DNA from: an uncultured Nitrospina sp.
GTDB taxonomy: Bacteria > Nitrospinota > Nitrospinia > Nitrospinales > VA-1
Length of the DNA stretch: 64,000 bases
Direction: 5' to 3'
Assembly: GCA_937891765.1 (NCBI GenBank)
Contig: CALAGQ010000039.1
Coordinates: 6,346 to 70,345, forward strand
Of the stretch, positions 30,373 through 38,891 are shown piece after piece; positions within the stretch are counted from its first letter, which is position 1, and each line of letters begins with the position of its first letter. The notes beneath the pieces were generated by a model, which did no database searches, was not told where the DNA came from, and saw only the letters and a list, made by a program, of their open reading frames with translations. The translations under genes were made by a program, and so were the position numbers.

Positions 30373-31143
30373 ATGAATTTACTGGAAGTTAAAGATGCGG
30401 CATTGTCCTTCATGAAACCCGCGAAGGCCGAAGTTTTAAAATGGTATCGTGGGCAGTTTTCCGTCGATCTGAAAGATGATCAGAGTCCGGTCACCATCGC
30501 CGACCGCAATGCCGAAGAGATTCTGCGCAAAAAAATTTCCCAGCACTTTCCCGAACACGGAATCATCGGCGAAGAATTCGGCAGTCACAAACCAGATGCC
30601 GAATGGGTCTGGACCATTGACCCGGTAGATGGAACCCGGTCATTCGTGAGAGGGCTGCCCCTTTTCGCCTCCATGATAGCCCTTCTGCACAAGGGCGAAC
30701 CGGTGCTCGGCATTATCGAATTACCAGCTCTGGGTGAAACGGCCTGGGCCGTAAAAGGAAAAGGCGCCTTCTCAAATGGCAAGCCTCTCAAGGTTTCTTC
30801 ACGACCCCGCCTGAAAGGAGCCTTTGTCGCGGTCGCCGACCATTATTGTTTTCGCAGTGAAAAATGCACCTTCCTGTACAACCGCCTGAACCAGGAAGCC
30901 GGGATCGTGCGAACTTACCCGGATGCCTTTGGTCACTTAATGGCAATACGCGGAGTCGTGGATGTGATGGTCGACCCTCTTGCCAAAATATGGGACTACG
31001 CGCCCTGCAAAATACTGGTGCAGGAGGCCGGCGGTCGATTCGCAAATTTTTCTGGGAACAAAGCCAGCATTGAAGAAGGAACCGCCGTGGTGGGAAATTC
31101 TAAACTTGTCCAACAAGTTAGAAAAATAGTCGCAGACCACTAG
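30373..31143 (+). CDS. Inositol-monophosphatase-family protein (possible histidinol-phosphatase HisN)
   Basis: IGEEFG, WTIDPVDGTRSF and WDYAPCKILVQEAGG motifs. Confidence 0.85.
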   Translation: MNLLEVKDAALSFMKPAKAEVLKWYRGQFSVDLKDDQSPVTIADRNAEEILRKKISQHFPEHGIIGEEFGSHKPDAEWVWTIDPVDGTRSFVRGLPLFASMIALLHKGEPVLGIIELPALGETAWAVKGKGAFSNGKPLKVSSRPRLKGAFVAVADHYCFRSEKCTFLYNRLNQEAGIVRTYPDAFGHLMAIRGVVDVMVDPLAKIWDYAPCKILVQEAGGRFANFSGNKASIEEGTAVVGNSKLVQQVRKIVADH

Positions 31144-31149
31144 CCGTGG

Positions 31150-31248
31150 CTGCTAGCCGCTGGAGCAGTAGGTAAGAACATCTTGAGCCTAGTCAACTCT
31201 TTGCCAGCCAGCAAAAGTTATTGCCCATTACTACCGGGCGTTGCCCGG
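31150..31248 (+). repeat. Copy of ~100-nt structured intergenic repeat family
   Basis: 5' hairpin ctgct/agcag, gtaggtaa, core tcttgagcctag, tttgcc, aaaagttattgc (12 nt identical to the 41799 copy), ctaccgg, and 3' hairpin ccgggc-gtt-gcccgg. Confidence 0.65.
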
Positions 31249-31261
31249 CGCCCAGTGGTGG

Positions 31262-31642
31262 TTAAATAGGTTGGCGTCCAGAAAAGCCGGTATCCAGACC
31301 ATGCCAGAAGCGTATCTCTTTTTCAGGCATCCGCCAGCAAAGATAAACTTCACGGCCTTCCCGGATAGAGGGGAAATCCACCAAGCCCTCGCGAATTCCC
31401 TTGATCTCACACCCCACCGATTCGATTTCTTGGATCAAGTGGTTATATTTCAAAACCACATTCAGGTAACCGGTTCCCTCCTCGCTTCCGCCATTCCATT
31501 TGGCCTTTTCCCGCGCATTGCGGATATCGGGGAAATCTCGATTCATTGAACCTGATAACTTTTGAATTTCAGGAACCCAGTCCAGCAGTTGCGGGACAAG
31601 GGCATTGGCTTCTTCCAACGTAAAAAGTTTTTTTGAAGGCAT
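31262..31642 (-). CDS. DUF2203-family protein
   Basis: 126 aa. KLFTLEEANALVPQL ... GCEIKGIREGLVDFPS..GREVYLCW pattern. Confidence 0.6.
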   Translation of the reverse strand: MPSKKLFTLEEANALVPQLLDWVPEIQKLSGSMNRDFPDIRNAREKAKWNGGSEEGTGYLNVVLKYNHLIQEIESVGCEIKGIREGLVDFPSIREGREVYLCWRMPEKEIRFWHGLDTGFSGRQPI

Positions 31643-32134
31643 TAATAAAGTTTCTAATTTGAGTTGTTAGTCGGTCGCTGCGTCACTTTTTTCATTATAC
31701 GAATTTGAAACTATTAATCCAGTTTTCCATTCAACCAGAATAATTCACCATCAATCCCGTATCCCAACAAACCAAAACTAAAATTCGTTTATTTCAAAAG
31801 GAACGCAAATCAAAGGATAGCAGCCCTAAATTTCCTTTTTTTTCAAGGGTTTATTAAGAAAATCAGGAGCATTATAAAATTAATTCTGGCGGGGGCTCAG
31901 CCCGTCCACAACAAGAGCCGATTTTTTATTGACAAACGGCCAATAAGGTTATAAATTCTGAACTCTATTGAGTTCATATCCCTATCAAGCGCGTAGGTGA
32001 AATGATCAATGCGCATAGGATATCAAGGAATTTATTATTAAGTTGGCTCTTCTAGCAAGAGTCGATTCGTTTTGTTTGGCAGTGTAGTTCAGTTTAGAGG
32101 TTTTATTTCCAATCATCAGTTGGGGAGGCACGTA

Positions 32135-32599
32135 ATGAAAAAGGCAATTCTTTTTGTAGCAGTAAGCGCATTTGTAGGGTTCATGTCAATGGGTTCCGTT
32201 GTTGTGGCCGATGACGTTGTTCCTGGGTCTTATGGACAGCATGACCAGAGCGTTATGGGTGTTGGACAAACCATGATGCAGATGGGTTCCCATGCCAGAA
32301 CTCTGACCAATGCCACCAACCTGGCTTCTGGAGCGGGTAGCTCACGCGCTAATTCAAACACAGGAGCATCTGGTGGTGACTTCCAATTCGGCTCTTCCCA
32401 GACTGAGCAGTCTTGGAAGGCAGCAAGAACGATTGAAGATGCAGGCGTTGTTGTTGGCTTGGTGCCCGGTGACTGTCGTGGCAACAACTCTGACGACTCT
32501 TATCGCAAGGCGATGAATCAGAATCGTAACGGTTATATGAAGGAGCCTCTGGTTTCTCAGTCTCAATGTGCTGAGTATCATCCAACTCTTCAGCAGTAA
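32135..32599 (+). CDS. Secreted Met-rich hypothetical protein, paralog 1
   Basis: ATG 32135 preceded by GGGGAGG. Signal peptide MKKAILFVAVSAFVGF. Paralogous to 33462..33917 throughout. Followed by an intrinsic terminator. Confidence 0.7.
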   Translation: MKKAILFVAVSAFVGFMSMGSVVVADDVVPGSYGQHDQSVMGVGQTMMQMGSHARTLTNATNLASGAGSSRANSNTGASGGDFQFGSSQTEQSWKAARTIEDAGVVVGLVPGDCRGNNSDDSYRKAMNQNRNGYMKEPLVSQSQCAEYHPTLQQ

Positions 32600-32643
32600 T
32601 TTTTTAGATCCAAGATCAAGGGTCACCTCTTCAAGAGGATAAA

Positions 32644-32678
32644 GCCGGTAGGGCAAATTGCCTTACCGGCTTTTTTTT
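32644..32678 (+). terminator. Rho-independent terminator of paralog 1
   Basis: gccggtagggcaa/ttgccttaccggc stem followed by T8. Confidence 0.8.
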
Positions 32679-32737
32679 GCATATTAATTGCTGATTCGAT
32701 TAGAATTCGAGGTCACTACCATTCTGGTTTTACCTCT

Positions 32738-33190
32738 ATGCCCAATAAAAGCAGATCTCTTCCGCTGAAACCCACCCTCTTTCTGATTTACCTGTTGCCT
32801 GCTTTACTCAACCTATCCCCATCCAGCTCGTGGGCCATGGAAAGGGTTTCCCTTAAAACTCATCCCGATACCGGAATTGTCATTGCCAATCCCATGGAAA
32901 TAGAAAAGCTTCCAAACAAAAAAACCTATCAGGTCAACCACGAGGCATTCACCCTGCAGTTTTTTTTCAACGAAAAAGACATATTCGGCATCATCCTCAA
33001 AAGAGACAAAAGCCGCCCCATTCACTTTCGCTGGTGCTTTCTTAGAAACTGCGAGGAAACCCAGTATGATTACCATAAAATCATCGCTCAGCCCCTCAGC
33101 CCTCCTTTCGAGCAAGGCTTCTTCACCATCCCCAACCCTTTTTACCTGCCTTACAGCTTCCAGGGGTTAGAGTTCTCCTCTCCCAAGTGA
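32738..33190 (+). CDS. Hypothetical secreted protein
   Basis: 150-aa ORF with a signal-like N-terminus (LFLIYLLPALLNLSPSSSWA). No recognisable domain. Confidence 0.45.
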   Translation: MPNKSRSLPLKPTLFLIYLLPALLNLSPSSSWAMERVSLKTHPDTGIVIANPMEIEKLPNKKTYQVNHEAFTLQFFFNEKDIFGIILKRDKSRPIHFRWCFLRNCEETQYDYHKIIAQPLSPPFEQGFFTIPNPFYLPYSFQGLEFSSPK

Positions 33191-33461
33191 TCAGCTTCGA
33201 CCGTACAGAAAAAAATATCAAGACCCGTACCCCAAAATATCATAGTCAAAACACCTAGACATAAAATATCAGATATCTAAAAATAGATTGTGCCGTCTAT
33301 ATTATTTGGAACTCAAAAAAAACAACAGTAAGCGATACAGCATGCCTAGGGAAAGACTAACGCCTATGCAAAAAAAAGCATTCACCTTATAGCCCAACAA
33401 AAAACAAATCGTTAGTATTAGGAAGTTTTTATTCCAATTTCATCCTGTAGGGGAGGAAGTA

Positions 33462-33917
33462 ATGAAGAAAGCAATTTTGTTCGTAGCAGTATGTGCATTT
33501 GTTGGGTTCACAGCATTGAGTGCCAGTGCTGATGACATGGTTCCTGGCGCTAACTATCAGGGGCAAGTTGATATCAGTGTAATGGGTGTTGGACAAACCA
33601 TGATGCAAATGGGAGCTCGAGATAGAGTTTTGACCAACGCAGTCAACCTGTCTTCTGGCGCGGGAACATCCCGAGCCATCTCTGGTGTAAAACAGGACTA
33701 CCAATTCGGCTCTTCTCAGACCGAACAGTCTTGGAAGCAGTGGAGATCTGTAGAAGATGCTGGTGTTGTTGTTGGACTGGTTCCCGGTGACTGTCGTGGC
33801 GACAACTCTGATGACTCTTATCGCAAGGCGATGAATCAGAATCGTAACGGTTATATGAAGGAGCCTCTGATTTCTCAGGCTGACTGCCAAATCGACCACA
33901 AGACCTATCAGCAATAA
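33462..33917 (+). CDS. Secreted Met-rich hypothetical protein, paralog 2
   Basis: SD GGGGAGGA, signal peptide MKKAILFVAVCAFVGFTALSASA, and a C-terminal module nearly identical to paralog 1. Followed by an intrinsic terminator. Confidence 0.7.
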   Translation: MKKAILFVAVCAFVGFTALSASADDMVPGANYQGQVDISVMGVGQTMMQMGARDRVLTNAVNLSSGAGTSRAISGVKQDYQFGSSQTEQSWKQWRSVEDAGVVVGLVPGDCRGDNSDDSYRKAMNQNRNGYMKEPLISQADCQIDHKTYQQ

Positions 33918-33948
33918 AAAAGTTTTTATCCTCTTTTAAGAGGATAAA

Positions 33949-33983
33949 GCCGGTAAGGCCTTCGCCTTACCGGCTTTTTTTTT
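33949..33983 (+). terminator. Rho-independent terminator of paralog 2
   Basis: gccggtaaggc-cttc-gccttaccggc stem followed by T9. Confidence 0.85.
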
Positions 33984-34035
33984 ACCTAACCCACACATCC
34001 CCAACGAGAAGCCCTTCTCTGCCCAAGCGGTATTC

Positions 34036-34044
34036 TGTTATAAT
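34036..34044 (+). promoter_or_regulatory. Candidate extended -10 promoter element (TGtTATAAT)
   Basis: A perfect TGnTATAAT lies 37 nt upstream of the DUF1566 ATG at 34082, directly after the upstream terminator. No clear -35. Confidence 0.3.
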
Positions 34045-34081
34045 CACTCTAAAATGATCATCAACTTTTACGAGGCTCACC

Positions 34082-34507
34082 ATGTCCCGATTCATAGACA
34101 ATGGAAACGATACCGTCACAGATAACCAAACCGGCCTGATCTGGTTTAAGAAAGATTCACGACAGTTGACGGGCAAATGGATTCACCTGGAAAAAGCCAT
34201 TAAATTTGCCGAAGAAAAAAACGTGGAAAACTTTGGGGGTTTTAACGACTGGAGGGTTCCGAAGCTGGAAGATGTTAAAACTATTTTTGATAAAAGTTTT
34301 AGCCAACGGGATTTTGGAAACAATGAAATTCATATCCCCGCTGAGTTCGAGCCCAAAGGCGCAGACTGCACCTGGACCGACACCGTCAATGGTGAGCGCG
34401 CCATGATGTTCAGTCTGGTCAAAGGCCGTTCCAGTTGGATCAATAAATTTGGGGAAGGCCCCTTTGCGGTCCGGCTGGTACGCGGCACCGAAAAAGACGG
34501 TTCCTGA
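34082..34507 (+). CDS. DUF1566 (Lcl C-terminal domain-like) protein
   Basis: FIDNGNDTVTDNQTGLIW ... FNDWRVPKLEDVKTIF pattern. No signal peptide. Confidence 0.65.
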   Translation: MSRFIDNGNDTVTDNQTGLIWFKKDSRQLTGKWIHLEKAIKFAEEKNVENFGGFNDWRVPKLEDVKTIFDKSFSQRDFGNNEIHIPAEFEPKGADCTWTDTVNGERAMMFSLVKGRSSWINKFGEGPFAVRLVRGTEKDGS

Positions 34508-34508
34508 C

Positions 34509-34898
34509 CTACCCTTTAGAGCTGGTGAAGGTGCTGGCGAAAAGCCAGACCGCCGTGATTACCAGGAGCATGGAAAATATGCGTTTGTAATTCTGGTCCG
34601 ACAGGTGTTGCAACAAGTGAGGTCCGATTTGCGCGCCGACAACCCCTCCCAAAGCCATAACCAGTCCTGTTTTAATGTCGATATTTCCTAATCGGTAATG
34701 CGCCAGAACAGAAGATATCGCCACCATTAAAATAAAAACAAAAGATGTACCTACCGCCAGCTTAGCCTCCCGGCCCAGAAAAATCAGCAAGGGAACCACC
34801 AGAAATCCCCCGCCCAGTCCCGATCCTGAAGAAAGAATACCTATGACGAGTCCTGCCAACGCCAATGCGATCAAGTTTTGCCTCCTCTCTCTACCCAT
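34509..34898 (-). CDS. Half-size TauE/SafE-family membrane protein
   Basis: ORF 34509..34967. SSGSGLGGGFLVVPLLIFLG motif and about 4 TM segments. ATG 34898 overlaps the upstream stop by 28 nt. An alternative TTG at 34874 gives a TTGA overlap instead. Confidence 0.6.
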   Translation of the reverse strand: MGRERRQNLIALALAGLVIGILSSGSGLGGGFLVVPLLIFLGREAKLAVGTSFVFILMVAISSVLAHYRLGNIDIKTGLVMALGGVVGAQIGPHLLQHLSDQNYKRIFSMLLVITAVWLFASTFTSSKG

Positions 34899-36103
34899 TT
34901 TTCTTCTAAAAAATCTACCACGCCTGCACCAATGGAGTCTCCCCAGACATTTACAGTGGTTCGGCAACGATCGAGAAACCAGTCGATCGAAAGCAGCATG
35001 CCTATTCCCTCCAGAGGAAGCCCTACAGACTGAAGTACCATCACCATGGTGACCAGTCCAGCTTCCGGAATGCCTGCGGCGCCAACGGCGGCCAGCGTTG
35101 CGGTGAGAAATATAATCATCTGCTCTCCAAATCCCAGATGAATCCCCAGCATTTGTGCTATGAAAATAGCGGCCACCGATTCATAAAGAGCCGTGCCATC
35201 CATATTCACCGTAGCGCCCAGAGGCAGGACGAAAAGTGCTGACTTTCTGGAAACCCGGTTGTTCTCCTCGGCGCATTCGATAGTAATCGGCAAGGTGGCA
35301 GAACTGCTCGCCGTTGAAAAAGCCGTGGTCAACGCTGCCGTGACGTTTTTAAAGTATACGAAAGGATTCCTTCGGGTAGTGATATAAAGAATCGTCGGCA
35401 ACACAACAAGTCCGTGAAGCAGAAGCGCAGAGATAACCGTTGCGGCATATTTTCCGACTTTAGCCAACTCCGCCAGAAACAAGTCTCCCCCTCCAGCGGC
35501 TCCCAGCTTGGACGCAATCAACGCGAAAACCCCAAGCGGGGCAAAATACATCAGCAAATGAACGATCTTCATGATCGCGGAGTTGACCGTGTCAAAAAAA
35601 TCGATCACGCGTTTGCCCGGTTCCCCGAGCGTAGTCAAAACTCCACCGAACACCAGAGAAAACACAATGAGGGGAAGAATTTCCATCTTCACCATCGATT
35701 CCACCAGGTTCGGTGAAACAAAAGTTTTTAGAATGTCGGTGATACCGACCGCTTCTTTTCCCGTAACTTTTTCCGGGACATGTTGCACCGTCATCTCAAC
35801 CGCGATGCCCGGCTCGATGATGTTGACCATCACCAATCCTATCCCCACAGCAATACAAGTGGTGGTCATGAAATATGCGAGTGCGATCAGGCCGGTTTTC
35901 CCAACCTTTCTGATATCTCCCAGACCTGCAATGCCAACAATCATTGAGGAAATGATTAACGGCACCACCAACATTTTTAAGGCATCCAGAAACATCTCGC
36001 CGATCCACTCCACCGCCAGCATCGCGCTTCCGTACATCCATCCGGAAAAAATTCCCAGAACGATGCCAGCGATCATCAGATATAAAAGCCCATTCGTTTT
36101 CAT
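34871..36103 (-). CDS. Dicarboxylate/amino-acid:cation symporter (DAACS, GltP-like)
   Basis: ASSSATLPITIE, PLGATVNMDGTALYE and DRCRTTVNVWGDS. Start moved to ATG 36103 (MKTNGLLYLMIAG); the longer ORF runs into the gltA start. Confidence 0.9.
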   Translation of the reverse strand: MKTNGLLYLMIAGIVLGIFSGWMYGSAMLAVEWIGEMFLDALKMLVVPLIISSMIVGIAGLGDIRKVGKTGLIALAYFMTTTCIAVGIGLVMVNIIEPGIAVEMTVQHVPEKVTGKEAVGITDILKTFVSPNLVESMVKMEILPLIVFSLVFGGVLTTLGEPGKRVIDFFDTVNSAIMKIVHLLMYFAPLGVFALIASKLGAAGGGDLFLAELAKVGKYAATVISALLLHGLVVLPTILYITTRRNPFVYFKNVTAALTTAFSTASSSATLPITIECAEENNRVSRKSALFVLPLGATVNMDGTALYESVAAIFIAQMLGIHLGFGEQMIIFLTATLAAVGAAGIPEAGLVTMVMVLQSVGLPLEGIGMLLSIDWFLDRCRTTVNVWGDSIGAGVVDFLEEKWVERGGKT

Positions 36104-36224
36104 CACGAACACCTTAAAAAAGACAGAATTTCCACCAAACCGATAAACAGGGTTTATAATACAGGGTAACAACGTCTTTGCAAATAACCGAACACCCGGC
36201 ACCCGACTTAACCGGAGGATAACC

Positions 36225-37517
36225 ATGGCCGAAACAGTCAAGCTCACCTATCAGGGAAAAACCTACGAGTTCCCGGTTCTGGAAGGGACCTGCGGAGAAC
36301 AAGCTATAGACATCTCCACTTTAAGGAATACCACAGGACTGATTACTTTTGATCCCGGGTTTATGAGTACCGGCTCCTGCCAGAGCAAGATCACCTATCT
36401 CGATGGTGAGAAAGGGATTCTGCTGTACAGGGGTTATCCCATCGAGCAAATCGCCGAGAAAAGTTCCTTTATAGAAACAGCTTGTCTGCTCATATATGGT
36501 GAACTCCCCACCCGCGAGCAACTCGACTACTTTCAGTACCACTTGGTGCACCATTCCATGGTTCATGAATCCATTAAGAATCTCTATGATGGATTCCCCA
36601 ACAACCCGCATCCGATGGCGGTGTGCAGTACAGTCGTCGGCTCTCTTGCAACATTTTACCAAAATGAACTGGACGTAAGAAACGAGCGAGAGGTGGAAAT
36701 CGCCATACACAGACTGATGGCGAAACTTCCTACCATCGCCGCATACAGTTATAAAAAATCCATTGGTCAGCCCTTTCAATATCCTGACAATACTCTGGGC
36801 TATTCCGCAAACTTTTTGAAAATGATGTTTTCCCTTCCTTGCGAACCCTATGAAGTTGATGAAGACGCAGCCAAAGTTCTGGATGTCCTATTGATTCTGC
36901 ACGCCGACCACGAACAAAATTGCTCCACCAGCACCGTCCGTCTGGTCGGAAGTTCAATGTGCAATCTGTTTGCATCGGTGTCTTCTGCTATTTATGCCTT
37001 GTGGGGCCCTCTTCACGGCGGAGCTAACCAGGCCGTCATTGAAATGCTGCAAAGCATTCATGAAGATGGCGGCGATGTTAATAAGTACGTGCAAAAGGCC
37101 AAAGATCCCAACGATTCTTTTCGTCTGATGGGATTCGGACACCGGGTTTATAAAAACTTTGACCCTCGTAGCCGTATCATCAAAAAACTGGCAGATAAAA
37201 TTTTCAGCAAACAGGGAACTCCTGAGCCGCTTCTTGAAATCGCGCTAAAGCTGGAAGAAATCGCCATCAAGGACGATTACTTTATTGAGAAAAAACTTTA
37301 CCCCAATGTAGATTTTTATTCGGGCTTGATTTATAGAGCCCTGAACATTCCCGTCAATATGTTTCCGGTGATGTTCGCGATGGGCCGGTTACCAGGCTGG
37401 ATCGCCCAGTGGAAAGAGCTTCAAGAGGACGAACAGTTTAGAATTGGTCGTCCGCGACAAGTGTATACGGGTTCCGCTGAAAGAGATTATGTCCCGATGG
37501 GAAAAAGAAAAGGGTAA
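36225..37517 (+). CDS. gltA: Citrate synthase (type II)
   Basis: 430 aa with GPLHGGAN and GFGHRVYKNFDPR. Confidence 0.95.
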   Translation: MAETVKLTYQGKTYEFPVLEGTCGEQAIDISTLRNTTGLITFDPGFMSTGSCQSKITYLDGEKGILLYRGYPIEQIAEKSSFIETACLLIYGELPTREQLDYFQYHLVHHSMVHESIKNLYDGFPNNPHPMAVCSTVVGSLATFYQNELDVRNEREVEIAIHRLMAKLPTIAAYSYKKSIGQPFQYPDNTLGYSANFLKMMFSLPCEPYEVDEDAAKVLDVLLILHADHEQNCSTSTVRLVGSSMCNLFASVSSAIYALWGPLHGGANQAVIEMLQSIHEDGGDVNKYVQKAKDPNDSFRLMGFGHRVYKNFDPRSRIIKKLADKIFSKQGTPEPLLEIALKLEEIAIKDDYFIEKKLYPNVDFYSGLIYRALNIPVNMFPVMFAMGRLPGWIAQWKELQEDEQFRIGRPRQVYTGSAERDYVPMGKRKG

Positions 37518-37533
37518 AACAGATACGCTTGAA

Positions 37534-37854
37534 TCAGGCAGGCTCAATGGTGCAGGTGAAAGGAAATTCTTCCATCGCCGCCGCCATATGCACTTGCTCT
37601 ACTTTAAACTCCGCTTGTTCCAGAGGCAAGGTGGCAACATGACCGGCGCCTTGAAGATGAATTTCATACATCAATTTTTCTGCGGTCGAATAATCTTTGC
37701 TGAACAGTTTGACGAGGACTCGAATGACGAATTCCATTGTCGTAACATTATCGTCCCACATTATAATTTTATATAACGGGAGATAGGCCTTACGGGTTTC
37801 CCCTTCAAACTCTTCGACAATTTCCGGAGATAAAGGTAATGTTTCTACTGACAT
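37534..37854 (-). CDS. clpS: ATP-dependent Clp protease adaptor ClpS
   Basis: PLYKIIMWDDNVTTMEFVIRVLVKLF core. 106 aa. Confidence 0.9.
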   Translation of the reverse strand: MSVETLPLSPEIVEEFEGETRKAYLPLYKIIMWDDNVTTMEFVIRVLVKLFSKDYSTAEKLMYEIHLQGAGHVATLPLEQAEFKVEQVHMAAAMEEFPFTCTIEPA

Positions 37855-37962
37855 AATACAAAATCGTCCCCAAAGGGCTAGTGGATAAAAAAACTAATCA
37901 TTTATAATATTAAAATAATACCTTAAAAAAAACAATTTTTTTCATTTTTTCTTCATAAATCC

Positions 37963-38847
37963 ATGAGTTTTAAGCGCCTACAGCCTCAACCTCTTGTCCT
38001 GGTTTGCATTGTCGGGCTGATATTTCTCTCCCTCACCGCCCAAGCCCTGGAAACAAAATTAGCAGAACCAATAACACTGGGCGAATACAAAAACTTCCTC
38101 CCGGCGGGGAAGATAACCCGGTTTTCCGGAGAAACCCTGTATTACGACATCAGTTTCCTGTGGTTTGAAAATGCTGCCTCGGCTAAAGTGAGCTTTTTTG
38201 AGGAACATGGAAAATATTTTTCAGCACTGGAGGCCAGCACCAAAGGCTTTATCGGTTTTTTCACCGCGTACCGCAAACATTTTTACAAGACAGAATTTGA
38301 AATTATTGATAACGGGAAAAAACTCCGTCCTAAAACATTCCTGCGACAGGTGACGATTGCGAGCAATGCAGAAATCACCCGGCATAAATTCGATTATTCT
38401 CGTCGATTGCATACTTGGGAAAAATTCTTGAATGAGGAAAAAATCGAAACCGGGCAAGACGAAATTCCTGCCAACGGTGCCTTCAACGATATTCTCACCT
38501 CTTTCTACAATGTACGAAACAGCGTTTACGGAAAGTTGGAAAAGGGAAGGAAATTTATCATCAAAACCATCCCGGAAAAGGGCCATGATGAAATCTCCGT
38601 TCACATCTGGTCGGAACAGGATCAGGAAAGTTTCAGAGTCGAAGAGGGACGGGGGAAAAGAGATGAAATGTTGGTCAACATCATTGTGCCAAAAGAAATT
38701 TTCAAAACAGAAACCGGAGAACTGATGGCCTGGTCCTCCAAACATTTTATTCCGATTGAAACCACCGTCAAAGACTATATTTTATTGGGCGACCTGCAAG
38801 CCCGATTCACCCACCGGGAAGTTCAACCACATATTAAGCCAAGATAA
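37963..38847 (+). CDS. DUF3108-family secreted protein
   Basis: Signal peptide, a YYDISFLWFENAASAKV beta-rich pattern and DILTSFYNVRN. Assignment is from memory of the family pattern. Confidence 0.55.
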   Translation: MSFKRLQPQPLVLVCIVGLIFLSLTAQALETKLAEPITLGEYKNFLPAGKITRFSGETLYYDISFLWFENAASAKVSFFEEHGKYFSALEASTKGFIGFFTAYRKHFYKTEFEIIDNGKKLRPKTFLRQVTIASNAEITRHKFDYSRRLHTWEKFLNEEKIETGQDEIPANGAFNDILTSFYNVRNSVYGKLEKGRKFIIKTIPEKGHDEISVHIWSEQDQESFRVEEGRGKRDEMLVNIIVPKEIFKTETGELMAWSSKHFIPIETTVKDYILLGDLQARFTHREVQPHIKPR

Positions 38848-38865
38848 CTCAGCAGCAATAAGCTA

Positions 38866-38881
38866 TCCAGCGTCACGCTGG
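38866..38881 (+). repeat. Isolated hairpin module of the repeat family
   Basis: tccagcgtcacgctgg is 16/16 identical to 41884..41899. Both lie just 3' of a minus-strand stop codon. Confidence 0.7.
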
Positions 38882-38891
38882 CGGCTGGTGA

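Noticed and set aside
31929-31955. TTGACA-15 nt-TATAAA as the promoter of paralog 1, with a ~175-nt structured leader.
   Set aside because: The spacer is short (15 nt), the region is AT-rich so such hexamers are expected by chance, and the leader hairpins are small. Not reported as a feature.
32354-32656. Antisense ORFs 32354-32656 and 33429-33914 share a conserved peptide (NQRLLHITVTILIHRLAIRV.RVVATTVTG).
   Set aside because: The conservation is a by-product of the near-identical sense-strand C-terminal modules of the two paralogs. The sense genes have SDs, signal peptides and terminators, and the antisense ORFs have none.
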